A stretch of 64,000 nucleotides of DNA from Spirochaetia bacterium (lineage in GTDB: Bacteria > Spirochaetota > Spirochaetia > UBA9216), in NCBI GenBank assembly GCA_965140585.1, contig OZ223269.1, positions 480,001 to 544,000 of the forward strand, written 5' to 3'. The position numbers and the translations under genes were made by a program. The notes under the pieces are model-generated. The model ran no database searches, was not told the origin of the DNA, and was given only the letters and a program-made list of their open reading frames with translations. This document shows positions 49,497-57,714 of this stretch, piece after piece. Numbering within the stretch: the stretch's first letter is position 1; the number at the start of each line of letters is the position of its first letter.

Positions 49497-49525
49497 TTGA
49501 AAAAAAACGTAAAAATCATTATTCT
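49497..49525 (+). promoter_or_regulatory. sigma70-type promoter for ilvD
   Basis: TTGAAA-17 nt-TATTCT. Confidence 0.55.
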
Positions 49526-49561
49526 GATCAAAACTGTTAAACAGTAAATAAGGAGCTGCAT

Positions 49562-51397
49562 ATGAAAATACCTCTGAGAAGTGACGATACTACACAGGGA
49601 CGAAGAATGGCTGGAGCCAGAAGCCTCTGGCGTGCAAATGGTATGAAGCCGGAACATTTTGGAAAACCTGTTATCGGTATTGCCAACTCTTTTACTCAGA
49701 TGGTTCCCGGCCATGTTCATCTTCATGAGATTGGACAGCATGTTAAGAAACTTGTAGAGGCAAAGGGATGTTTTGCGGCAGAATTCAATACAATAGCGAT
49801 CGATGATGGTATAGCCATGGGGCATACAGGAATGCTGTATTCTCTACCTTCAAGAGAGCTGATTGCTGACAGTGTCGAATATATGTGCAATGCCCACAGG
49901 GTAGATGCTTTGGTTTGTATAAGCAACTGCGACAAGATTACCCCGGGCATGATGATCGGTGCGATGAGACTTAATATTCCGGTTATCTTTGTTTCCGGAG
50001 GGCCTATGGAAGCAGGTCATGTTAAGGGACGAGATACCGATTTAATTGATGTAATGATCAAGGGCGGTGATCCCTCTGTAAGCGATGAAGATTTGATGGA
50101 TATGGAGATTAACAGCTGTCCGACCTGCGGTTCCTGTGCAGGTATGTTTACAGCAAATTCCATGAACTGTCTTAACGAGGCTCTCGGTCTTGCACTTCCA
50201 GGAAACGGTACAATCGTAGCAACACATAAAAAAAGAATTAAACTTTTTGAAAAAGCAGCTGACCTGATCGTCGATCTTGCATATCGATATTACGGTGACG
50301 GCGATGAGAGCGTTCTTCCGCTTAATATGCTTACCAAAGAAGTATTCATGAATGCCATGTCTCTTGATATTGCAATGGGCGGTTCAACAAATACTGTTCT
50401 TCACCTGCTTGCTGTTGCAACAGAAGCCGGAGTTGATTTCAAGATGAAGGATATCGATGCACTCTCAAGACGCATTCCATGTGTTTCAAAAGTAGCACCT
50501 AATTCAAGCTACCATATTCAGGACGTCAACCGCGCCGGCGGAATTCTCGGTATACTCGGCGAGCTCGACAGGGCAGGACTGCTGAACCGTGATGTAAAGC
50601 GGCTTGACTATCCAACCCTCGGTGATGCGCTTGATGCCTGTGATATTATGCGCCCCACATGCACTGCTGAGGCCGAAGAGGTTTATCACTGTGCGCCGGC
50701 AAGAAAGGGCAGGAACCTTGTGCTTGGTTCACAGGATGCAAGATATGCAGAACTTGATAAGGATAGAGCCGGCGGATGCATCAGAAGCGTTGAAAACTGC
50801 TACTACCCGGACGGAGGGCTTGCGGTGCTTTTCGGAAACATAGCTGAAAAAGGCTGTATTGTTAAAACTGCCGGTGTTGATCCTTCAATTTTTCAGTTTG
50901 AGGGGACTGCAAGGGTGTTTGAAAGCCAGGAAGATGCCTGCGACGGAATACTTGACGGAGCAGTAAATGAAGGCGATGTTGTAATCATAAGATATGAAGG
51001 CCCCAAGGGCGGTCCCGGAATGCAGGAAATGCTGTATCCAACCACCTACTTAAAGTCCCGGAAGATAGATAAGAAATGTGCTCTTCTTACTGACGGACGC
51101 TTTTCAGGCGGTACATCAGGATTATCCATAGGGCATGTTTCTCCTGAAGCCGCTGCCGGCGGAGCTATCGGGTTAATTAAAAGCGGTGATAAAGTATCAA
51201 TTGATATTCCTGCAAGAAAAATTCAGCTTGAGGTTTCTGAGAGTGAACTGGCTGAAAGAAGAAAGGCGGAAAATGCCAGGGGCGATAAAGCTTTTACTCC
51301 GGTATCAAGAGACCGTAAAGTATCAGCTGCACTGCGGGCTTACTCATTATTTGCTTCATCTGCAGACATCGGAGCAGTTAGAATAGTTCCGGAATAG
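49562..51397 (+). CDS. ilvD: Dihydroxy-acid dehydratase
   Basis: [47 protein letters not shown]. Confidence 0.97.
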   Translation: MKIPLRSDDTTQGRRMAGARSLWRANGMKPEHFGKPVIGIANSFTQMVPGHVHLHEIGQHVKKLVEAKGCFAAEFNTIAIDDGIAMGHTGMLYSLPSRELIADSVEYMCNAHRVDALVCISNCDKITPGMMIGAMRLNIPVIFVSGGPMEAGHVKGRDTDLIDVMIKGGDPSVSDEDLMDMEINSCPTCGSCAGMFTANSMNCLNEALGLALPGNGTIVATHKKRIKLFEKAADLIVDLAYRYYGDGDESVLPLNMLTKEVFMNAMSLDIAMGGSTNTVLHLLAVATEAGVDFKMKDIDALSRRIPCVSKVAPNSSYHIQDVNRAGGILGILGELDRAGLLNRDVKRLDYPTLGDALDACDIMRPTCTAEAEEVYHCAPARKGRNLVLGSQDARYAELDKDRAGGCIRSVENCYYPDGGLAVLFGNIAEKGCIVKTAGVDPSIFQFEGTARVFESQEDACDGILDGAVNEGDVVIIRYEGPKGGPGMQEMLYPTTYLKSRKIDKKCALLTDGRFSGGTSGLSIGHVSPEAAAGGAIGLIKSGDKVSIDIPARKIQLEVSESELAERRKAENARGDKAFTPVSRDRKVSAALRAYSLFASSADIGAVRIVPE

Positions 51398-51414
51398 CAG
51401 ATAAACAGCGAGTA

Positions 51415-51561
51415 TCAGATCCGGCAGTTCTGTTTTCGGTGCTGCTGGATTGTCCTTGCTGCTTCAAGAAGGTTCTGGAGCTCAACAGCTTCTATCGGAT
51501 CCTTTGTTTTCATAATGGAAGTTTCAAGAAAAAAAATCAGTTCCGTAATAGCATCATTCAT
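51415..51561 (-). CDS. Unannotated 48-aa small protein
   Basis: MNDAITELIFFLETSIMKTKDPIEAVELQNLLEAARTIQQHRKQNCRI. SD GAGGAG 9 nt upstream, GCCGACAA box at 51586-51593. Confidence 0.55.
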   Translation of the reverse strand: MNDAITELIFFLETSIMKTKDPIEAVELQNLLEAARTIQQHRKQNCRI

Positions 51562-51666
51562 ACTAATCATCTCCTCATCATATTATTGTCGGCGTACTGA
51601 CTTATTTATTAGAGTAAATATGATTAATCTTATTAAAATTACTATTATTAAATCAGGAGTTTATTT

Positions 51667-52185
51667 ATGCAGAGTTTATTAATTTCAGGACTTATTGTTT
51701 TTGCCGCAAGGATACTTCAGGATCTTGTTTTCAATATGAAGATTGAACTTTTCAACAGGGGTAAAATGGCCGGTGTTTTCGGAATCAATTTTGTTGAAAG
51801 TATTATTGGTGTGACTGTCATAGCAATGGTAGTCAGTTTTATAAACGATAAACCGGCTCTGCTGGTTTTTCTGGGGCTCGGCTCTTCTATAGGAGGCCTG
51901 ATAGTTCTTAAGATCAGGGATCTTATGAATGTGAAGGTTATAGGTCAGCGGCAGTATTATGCACGTATTTCATTTACCGGTAATGAAGATCTTGTTGAGA
52001 TTCTTCAGAAAGATGGGTACCTGTTCACCATGGAACAGCGTGAGTTCCTTGACGGTGTAACAAGAACAGTTCTTGAAGGTTCACTTGAAAACAGGGCAAG
52101 GAAGGAACATCTCAAAACGCTGCTGAGAGGACGTGAAGGCAAGCTGGTAACTATCATTCCAGCCAGAGAGGTATATGCTCTGTAG
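51667..52185 (+). CDS. Membrane protein, DUF5698/DUF2179-like
   Basis: FAARILQD..MK....RGK....INFVESII pattern, three TM helices, small C-terminal alpha/beta domain. SD AGGAG. Confidence 0.65.
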   Translation: MQSLLISGLIVFAARILQDLVFNMKIELFNRGKMAGVFGINFVESIIGVTVIAMVVSFINDKPALLVFLGLGSSIGGLIVLKIRDLMNVKVIGQRQYYARISFTGNEDLVEILQKDGYLFTMEQREFLDGVTRTVLEGSLENRARKEHLKTLLRGREGKLVTIIPAREVYAL

Positions 52186-52238
52186 GAGCATAATTGCACT
52201 ATAAATACATATATGCTCTATAAGTTATATCAGCATTT

Positions 52239-53441
52239 TCAATATGGATTAGGCGCCTTCCGGCGTATTATAAATCCTTCGGAAACTGGGGCTGATGTAT
52301 GGAGAAAGTAGGTTTTTCCATGATCAGCCTGGCTCACATCATTTCCTTCTTCATCTGTGATTCTATAAGAGTCGTCAGTTGTAAAAAGGATGTCAGGGCC
52401 TATATATTCAAGTTCCTCTCCGGGAATGATCTGGTTTTTAACGTCGATGCTCCATCTTCCTTCACCTGCATTTTTTCCAATTGTGCCCAGGAAGATGTAC
52501 TGTCGAAGATATGATTTTTCGGTAGGTTTTTCGATTTCTTCCTTTCCGTAGTAAAAACCGGTTGAAAATTCACGGTGACTGACTTTTTCAAGTTCTTCTA
52601 TGTATCCGTCGGTATCACCTGTGAAAGTACCTTCAAGCTTGTCTATTGCCTTCCTGTACGCACGGGTTACCACAGCGGTGTAATAAACAGATTTCATTCT
52701 GCCTTCAATCTTCAGTGAATCAACTCCGGCATTCTTAAGATCTTCCAGATGGTTGATCATACAGATATCACGTGAGCTTAGAATGCTTGTGAATCCGTCG
52801 CCTTCATATATAGGGTAGTATTCCCCAGGTCTTTCTGCTTCTTCCAGTACCCTGTACTCCCACCTGCATGAGTGTGAACAGTGTCCCTTATTCCCGCTGC
52901 GATTCGCCATCCATGCACTTAGAAAACATCTACCGGAATAGGCAAGACACATGGCTCCGTGTATGAAGCACTCAATTTCAACATCAGGCACCTTATTCTT
53001 GATGCGTTCAATTTCTTTAAGTGAAACCTCGCGCCCCAGGACGACCCTGGTAAAGCCCATATCCCGGTAGAACTTCACTGCTTCAGAGTTTACACAGTTT
53101 GCCTGGGTGCTAAGGTGCAGTTCAGTATTCGGGAAATGCTTTTTGAGGGTGGGGACGGCTCCTATGTCGCTTATAATATAGGCGTCGAAGGGGTACTCGT
53201 TCAGATATTCGATCTCTTTTTCAAGAGTATCAAGGTCATGTTCATGAAAGTATATGTTGAGAGCCCCGTAAAGTTTACGGTTTCCCTTTATCTTTTTAAT
53301 TGTTTCATACTCGCGGCTGCTGAAATTATCAGCCTTCTGCCGAAGTGAAAAGTTCTTGACGCCGATATAAACCGCATCGGCACCGTATTGGTAAGCGTAT
53401 TTCAGCTTTTCGATATTTCCTGCCGGAGAAAGAAGTTCCAT
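52239..53441 (-). CDS. U32 family protein (TrhP/PrtC-like)
   Basis: MELLSPAG, GADAVYIG, HLSTQAN, HGAMCLAYSGRC, CSHSCRW, LKIEGR. Start revised to ATG 53441. Confidence 0.92.
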   Translation of the reverse strand: MELLSPAGNIEKLKYAYQYGADAVYIGVKNFSLRQKADNFSSREYETIKKIKGNRKLYGALNIYFHEHDLDTLEKEIEYLNEYPFDAYIISDIGAVPTLKKHFPNTELHLSTQANCVNSEAVKFYRDMGFTRVVLGREVSLKEIERIKNKVPDVEIECFIHGAMCLAYSGRCFLSAWMANRSGNKGHCSHSCRWEYRVLEEAERPGEYYPIYEGDGFTSILSSRDICMINHLEDLKNAGVDSLKIEGRMKSVYYTAVVTRAYRKAIDKLEGTFTGDTDGYIEELEKVSHREFSTGFYYGKEEIEKPTEKSYLRQYIFLGTIGKNAGEGRWSIDVKNQIIPGEELEYIGPDILFTTDDSYRITDEEGNDVSQADHGKTYFLHTSAPVSEGFIIRRKAPNPY

Positions 53442-53523
53442 AGCATGAACATAGCAGGAAAACGCTCTGGAATCAATCACAGGGGGGATATACAAACGAA
53501 TTAAGTATTATTAAAATACATGG

Positions 53524-54432
53524 ATGAAGTTCATTTTCCGGATATACATACTTATACCGGTATTTTTTCTTTTAACAATAGGACTCTCCGCTGCGCAGGA
53601 AATTACCGGCGGTCTTATGTATCCTGACCAGTGGCCTGACAATGTTTTTCCAGCTGATCCGCTTAAGGGACGAGTACGGCAGGTTACAGAAAAAGCTTTC
53701 AGCATGAAAGACGGAAACGGCCGCAGCTTAAAAGAACTTGAGTACACGCTTATTTTGAGTTATGACGAGAATGGCTATCTTGTGTCTGAAGCATACTTCA
53801 ATGCAGACGGAAGTCCGGCAAACACCATTGAATATGATTACGACAACGGAAACCTCAGCCTTAAACTTCAGAAGCACCCTGAAGTCCGGAATCCTGATCG
53901 TGAAATGTTTACCTATTCACCGGACGGCAGGATTCTTGAAGCTGAAAAGATATATTCAACAGGAAATTACGGCTGGCGTTATAAAAACAGCTATAACAGC
54001 AATGGTAAAATTGTACTTACGAGTAAATATGATCGTTACTGGAAATGGATTTTAGTTTACAGCCGCATGTTTGAGTATGACAATAAAAACAGACTGACTG
54101 CTACAGAAGGTTTCGGGATGGACAGTGAGCTGCTATGGCGCGATGAGCGGAAATATGATGAATTAAGCCGTGTTGTTGAAGAAATAAAATACGATCCTGA
54201 CGGAGTACTTGTAGTAAGTGTTGCTACCGAATACAACAGCCGTAACCTCGCTGTAAAGAAAGAATTTACAGACAACCGGGGAATAGTATATGCAGTATAT
54301 GCATACGGATATACATACGATGAAAAGGATAACTGGCTTGTGAAGATTATAGGAAGGGAAGAGCCGGGCACTTATTCAAACTACCTTATCCCTGAATCAA
54401 CTGTTGAACGTGAAATTGAATATTATAATTAA
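53524..54432 (+). CDS. Secreted YD/RHS-like repeat protein
   Basis: Signal peptide, LKGRVRQV.E start, repeated YDENG/YSPDG/YDNKNR units, YDEKDNW..EREIEYY end. Confidence 0.75.
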   Translation: MKFIFRIYILIPVFFLLTIGLSAAQEITGGLMYPDQWPDNVFPADPLKGRVRQVTEKAFSMKDGNGRSLKELEYTLILSYDENGYLVSEAYFNADGSPANTIEYDYDNGNLSLKLQKHPEVRNPDREMFTYSPDGRILEAEKIYSTGNYGWRYKNSYNSNGKIVLTSKYDRYWKWILVYSRMFEYDNKNRLTATEGFGMDSELLWRDERKYDELSRVVEEIKYDPDGVLVVSVATEYNSRNLAVKKEFTDNRGIVYAVYAYGYTYDEKDNWLVKIIGREEPGTYSNYLIPESTVEREIEYYN

Positions 54433-54439
54433 GATTACA

Positions 54440-54457
54440 GGTAAAAACATTTAACTA
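54440..54457. promoter_or_regulatory. Distal copy of the putative ROK operator
   Basis: GGTAAAAACATTTAACTA matches the proximal AGTTAAAACATTTAACTA at 16/18. Confidence 0.5.
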
Positions 54458-54510
54458 AATACAGTCACTAAAAACACCCATATTTAGGAGCAGCTTATAT
54501 AATTTTAAAT

Positions 54511-54568
54511 TTGACAATCATATTAGCTCATGTTAGCATTTAATAGTTAAAACATTTAACTATTAAAT
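54511..54568 (+). promoter_or_regulatory. sigma70 promoter with overlapping palindromic operator
   Basis: TTGACA-17-TAGCAT (with TG extension), then ATTTAATAGTTAAA-ACA-TTTAACTATTAAAT perfect 14-bp arms (54538-54568). Confidence 0.8.
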
Positions 54569-54586
54569 CTTTAAACAGGAGTTTTT

Positions 54587-55336
54587 ATGATTAATGTACT
54601 GTACGCTGGCGATTACGCCCTGATTAGCACCACCTTTTATAAGGGAATGAATTCGTTTTCTTTTGCAGAGCTTTTTGATGAAAGAGCTTTTTTACTTGAA
54701 CCGCTCAAATCGGACACCGAATTGAATATTACTTATCTGCCTACGCCGAATGTCTCAAAGGACTTTCCATCTACCATTGAGGATATTTCAAAGTATGATG
54801 TAATCCTTTTAAGTGATCTTGGCACTGATACAATATTGCTCTATCCAGACAGATTTAAAATACCAATGGGATCGAACCGGTTGAAACTGATAGAGAATTA
54901 TGTGAAAAACGGCGGCGGCCTTGCTGTAGTAGGCGGCTGGATGGGATTCGGCGGACAGATGGGGCAGGGGCGGTATCACAATACTGTTTTTGAAGATCTT
55001 CTTGATATTAATGTAAGTCCCTTTGATGATAGAGTGGAAATACCTGAAGGTTCAAAATTCAATCCTGTAAAAACTGAACATCCACTCATCAAGGATATGG
55101 AATGGGATAGTTCCCCTCTGCTTTTTTTAGGGTATAATCGTTTTGAAGCAAGAAATAAAGATAAAATTATTGCTGAATGGGACGGGGATCCGATGATGGT
55201 TGTAAACAACTATGGAAACGGACGTACTCTTGCTTTTGCATCCGATTTAGCTCCGCACTGGGGTCAAGGATTTATTAACTGGAAAAACTATGCAAAATTC
55301 TGGAGCAGATGTTTCAGATGGCTGGCAAATAAATAA
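54587..55336 (+). CDS. Class I glutamine amidotransferase-like protein (DUF1355/STM3548-like)
   Basis: FP.T.E....YDVILLSD, YVKNGGGLAVVGGW, DDRVE.PEG, GYN, GRTLAFASD.APHW. Confidence 0.82.
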   Translation: MINVLYAGDYALISTTFYKGMNSFSFAELFDERAFLLEPLKSDTELNITYLPTPNVSKDFPSTIEDISKYDVILLSDLGTDTILLYPDRFKIPMGSNRLKLIENYVKNGGGLAVVGGWMGFGGQMGQGRYHNTVFEDLLDINVSPFDDRVEIPEGSKFNPVKTEHPLIKDMEWDSSPLLFLGYNRFEARNKDKIIAEWDGDPMMVVNNYGNGRTLAFASDLAPHWGQGFINWKNYAKFWSRCFRWLANK

Positions 55337-55362
55337 AAATTTTTTTTTACTGGAGAAGGAAT

Positions 55363-56529
55363 TTGGATACAAGGAATTCGCCCTACAATAAGGTTTTTAA
55401 CCGTCATCTGGTAATAAGAAGTCTTTTCAAGAATTCTTACTCACGGGCCGAACTGTCCCGGTTGACCGGACTTACAAAGGCCTCAATCAGTAATATCACT
55501 GATGAACTGATTAATGAGGGCCTTATAAAAGAATCAGGCCTTGAGCTTAACAACAAAAACGTAGGGCGGAATCCAACAACTCTTGAAATAGTATCTGAGA
55601 GGTACAATATACTCTGCGTTGATATCGCCCGCGACGGATGCAGTATAGGTTTAGTGGATTTAGGCGGAAATGTACTTACCTCGAAAAAAGTTGATATTTT
55701 CAGCTGCAGATCACCTCAGCAGGCTGTTGAAATTATTTGCAGCGATATCAAAAAAAGTATTCTGAATATAAGAACCGTTAATGAAATTCTGGGTCTTGGA
55801 ATAACTACACCGGGGCCTGTTGATACACTTAATGGAATTATTGATGAGATACCGGATTTTGAACTATGGCGGGGGTTCAATATCATTAACGAGTTTAAAA
55901 AATATTTTGATTTTGAAATCAGGCTGGAGCGTGATGCAAATGCAGTAAGTCTTGCTGAATTGTATTTCGGTTATGGCCGTCAATTTGATGATTTTATCTG
56001 TATTATGTCCTATGTCGGTCTGGGTTTCGGGATAATCAGAAATCGAAAACTATTCAGCGGTGAGCTAGGATTGACTCCGGAATTCGGGCATCTCTCTATC
56101 GATTTTCAGGGTGAAAAATGTGTCTGCGGTAACCGGGGATGCTTATACGGGTTTTATGGACTGCTGAATATTCTTGAAAGAGTCCGGAAAGATTTCCCTG
56201 ATTTGAAGAATTGGGAAGAGATTGTAGACAGGGCTTATGCCGGTGAAAAATATTTTATAAATATAATTGAGTATTATGCCGGAATTTTTTCTACAGCAGT
56301 AGTAAATGCAATAAATTTTACAATGCTTAAAAAGATTGTTCTTTCCGGTTTTATAATATATAAACCGGAGATGTTCATTAATGAACTAAGGAAGAAACTG
56401 AAAGATTCATATATCGCCAGAAACTTTTTTGACGTGGATGTTTATATCACCGATTTGAGAGAATCAGAAAATCTGATAGGTGCAGCAACCGGAATTATCG
56501 AATACAGCTTTAATAAATACAGGCAGTAA
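55363..56529 (+). CDS. ROK-family transcriptional regulator
   Basis: HTH SRAELSRLTGLTKASIS, GRNP, PGPVD, DANA, EFGH..CVCGNRGC. TTG start. Confidence 0.92.
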   Translation: MDTRNSPYNKVFNRHLVIRSLFKNSYSRAELSRLTGLTKASISNITDELINEGLIKESGLELNNKNVGRNPTTLEIVSERYNILCVDIARDGCSIGLVDLGGNVLTSKKVDIFSCRSPQQAVEIICSDIKKSILNIRTVNEILGLGITTPGPVDTLNGIIDEIPDFELWRGFNIINEFKKYFDFEIRLERDANAVSLAELYFGYGRQFDDFICIMSYVGLGFGIIRNRKLFSGELGLTPEFGHLSIDFQGEKCVCGNRGCLYGFYGLLNILERVRKDFPDLKNWEEIVDRAYAGEKYFINIIEYYAGIFSTAVVNAINFTMLKKIVLSGFIIYKPEMFINELRKKLKDSYIARNFFDVDVYITDLRESENLIGAATGIIEYSFNKYRQ

Positions 56530-56541
56530 CACAGCGGTAAG

Positions 56542-57714
56542 CTACCTGCTTTCAGTTAAATCAATCTGCCTGATATTGCGGTTAAAATAATCATGCATCA
56601 GCATGTAGCGCTGCATGAAAAAGTCATTCCAGGGCTGCGGAACAGGCTGGTGGGTCAGCTGTTCAAGCGGTGTAATAACTACTTCCCGGTTAGTTGTCAT
56701 CATGTTTGCGGTTGGAATGGCCTCGACCCTGTCAAACACAATTTTTCCGTTTCTGAAGGCGGCCTCTATCTGGATAATTGCGGAATCGCCGGTATAGGAC
56801 CATTCCTCTTCGGGTAGATCCGGATCTATTATTCTGCCCTGACCGGAGATGAAGTTGCCTAATGAGTTCATTACAACGCCTGTTCTTACTCCGGTAGTGA
56901 CAATATCAACAGGCTGTATTATGTGCGGATGATGACCCCAGATTATATCAACACCGGCCGCAACCAGGTCATTAAAAAACTCAGTCTTTGCTTTTACCGG
57001 ATCTGCTAAATACTCAACTCCTCCGTGGTATGCAAGTACAAAGAGGTCGTAATCGGGCCGGATATTCTTTATGAAATCTACAAAGGCTGAGGTCTCGTCC
57101 CCGTCACGGAAATCGACAAGCTGCATATAGCCTCTGCCGGGATTATGGTTTGAGAACTGGGCAACAGCCAGATAACCAATTTTCCACCCGTTTTTACGTA
57201 TTGTAACAGGTTTGAAATCAGTTTCAGGATTATCCTTGGCACCGGAAAAATGCAGTTCCCTGTTCTGCTGCCTTTTATAGTAGCTCATAAGAGAGTACAT
57301 TGTACTGACTGTAGCCTGCAGACCTGGAACACCCTGATCTGCGGTGTGATTGTTAGCTATAGATACCACATCCACGCCTGCGTCAATGGCGGCCATGACG
57401 TATTCTGGATGGATGTTGAAAACAGGGTAGCTTGCCTGGGGAATTTCAGGATTGACCGGAAACTCAACATTGCTGAAGGTCAGACTGTCATTCTGCATGA
57501 TTGATTCGATGTCGCGGTAGATTAGTGAGTAGTCTTTCATGCTGTAGTTGATGACATGGGCCATCATGTCGCCGGTAAAGCTTAATACCAGCGGCTCTTT
57601 TATTGCCGGAACCTGAATACCGGCGTCCCTGTACTGCATTGCAGAAGCAGGGACTGCTGATATTAATGCCAGAGAAATTACAGATATATACGGCAGTTTA
57701 AAAAATCTTCTCAA
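56542..57714 (-). CDS. CapA-family (PGA_cap) metallophosphatase-fold protein
   Basis: TGDMM, NVE, ANNHTADQG, HGGVEY, GHHPH, SLGNF. Signal peptide. Confidence 0.9.
   Translation of the reverse strand: MRRFFKLPYISVISLALISAVPASAMQYRDAGIQVPAIKEPLVLSFTGDMMAHVINYSMKDYSLIYRDIESIMQNDSLTFSNVEFPVNPEIPQASYPVFNIHPEYVMAAIDAGVDVVSIANNHTADQGVPGLQATVSTMYSLMSYYKRQQNRELHFSGAKDNPETDFKPVTIRKNGWKIGYLAVAQFSNHNPGRGYMQLVDFRDGDETSAFVDFIKNIRPDYDLFVLAYHGGVEYLADPVKAKTEFFNDLVAAGVDIIWGHHPHIIQPVDIVTTGVRTGVVMNSLGNFISGQGRIIDPDLPEEEWSYTGDSAIIQIEAAFRNGKIVFDRVEAIPTANMMTTNREVVITPLEQLTHQPVPQPWNDFFMQRYMLMHDYFNRNIRQIDLTESR

Noticed and set aside
52172-52219. TATATGCTCT direct repeat as a target-site duplication
   Set aside because: The copies are only 38 bp apart, with no element or transposase. 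The region fits a small terminator-like hairpin (TATGCTC/GAGCATA) between convergent genes.
53524-54432. RHS polymorphic toxin system
   Set aside because: It is a short Sec-exported YD-like protein with no PxxxxDPxG core end, toxin tip or immunity gene. The same applies to 26527-27582.
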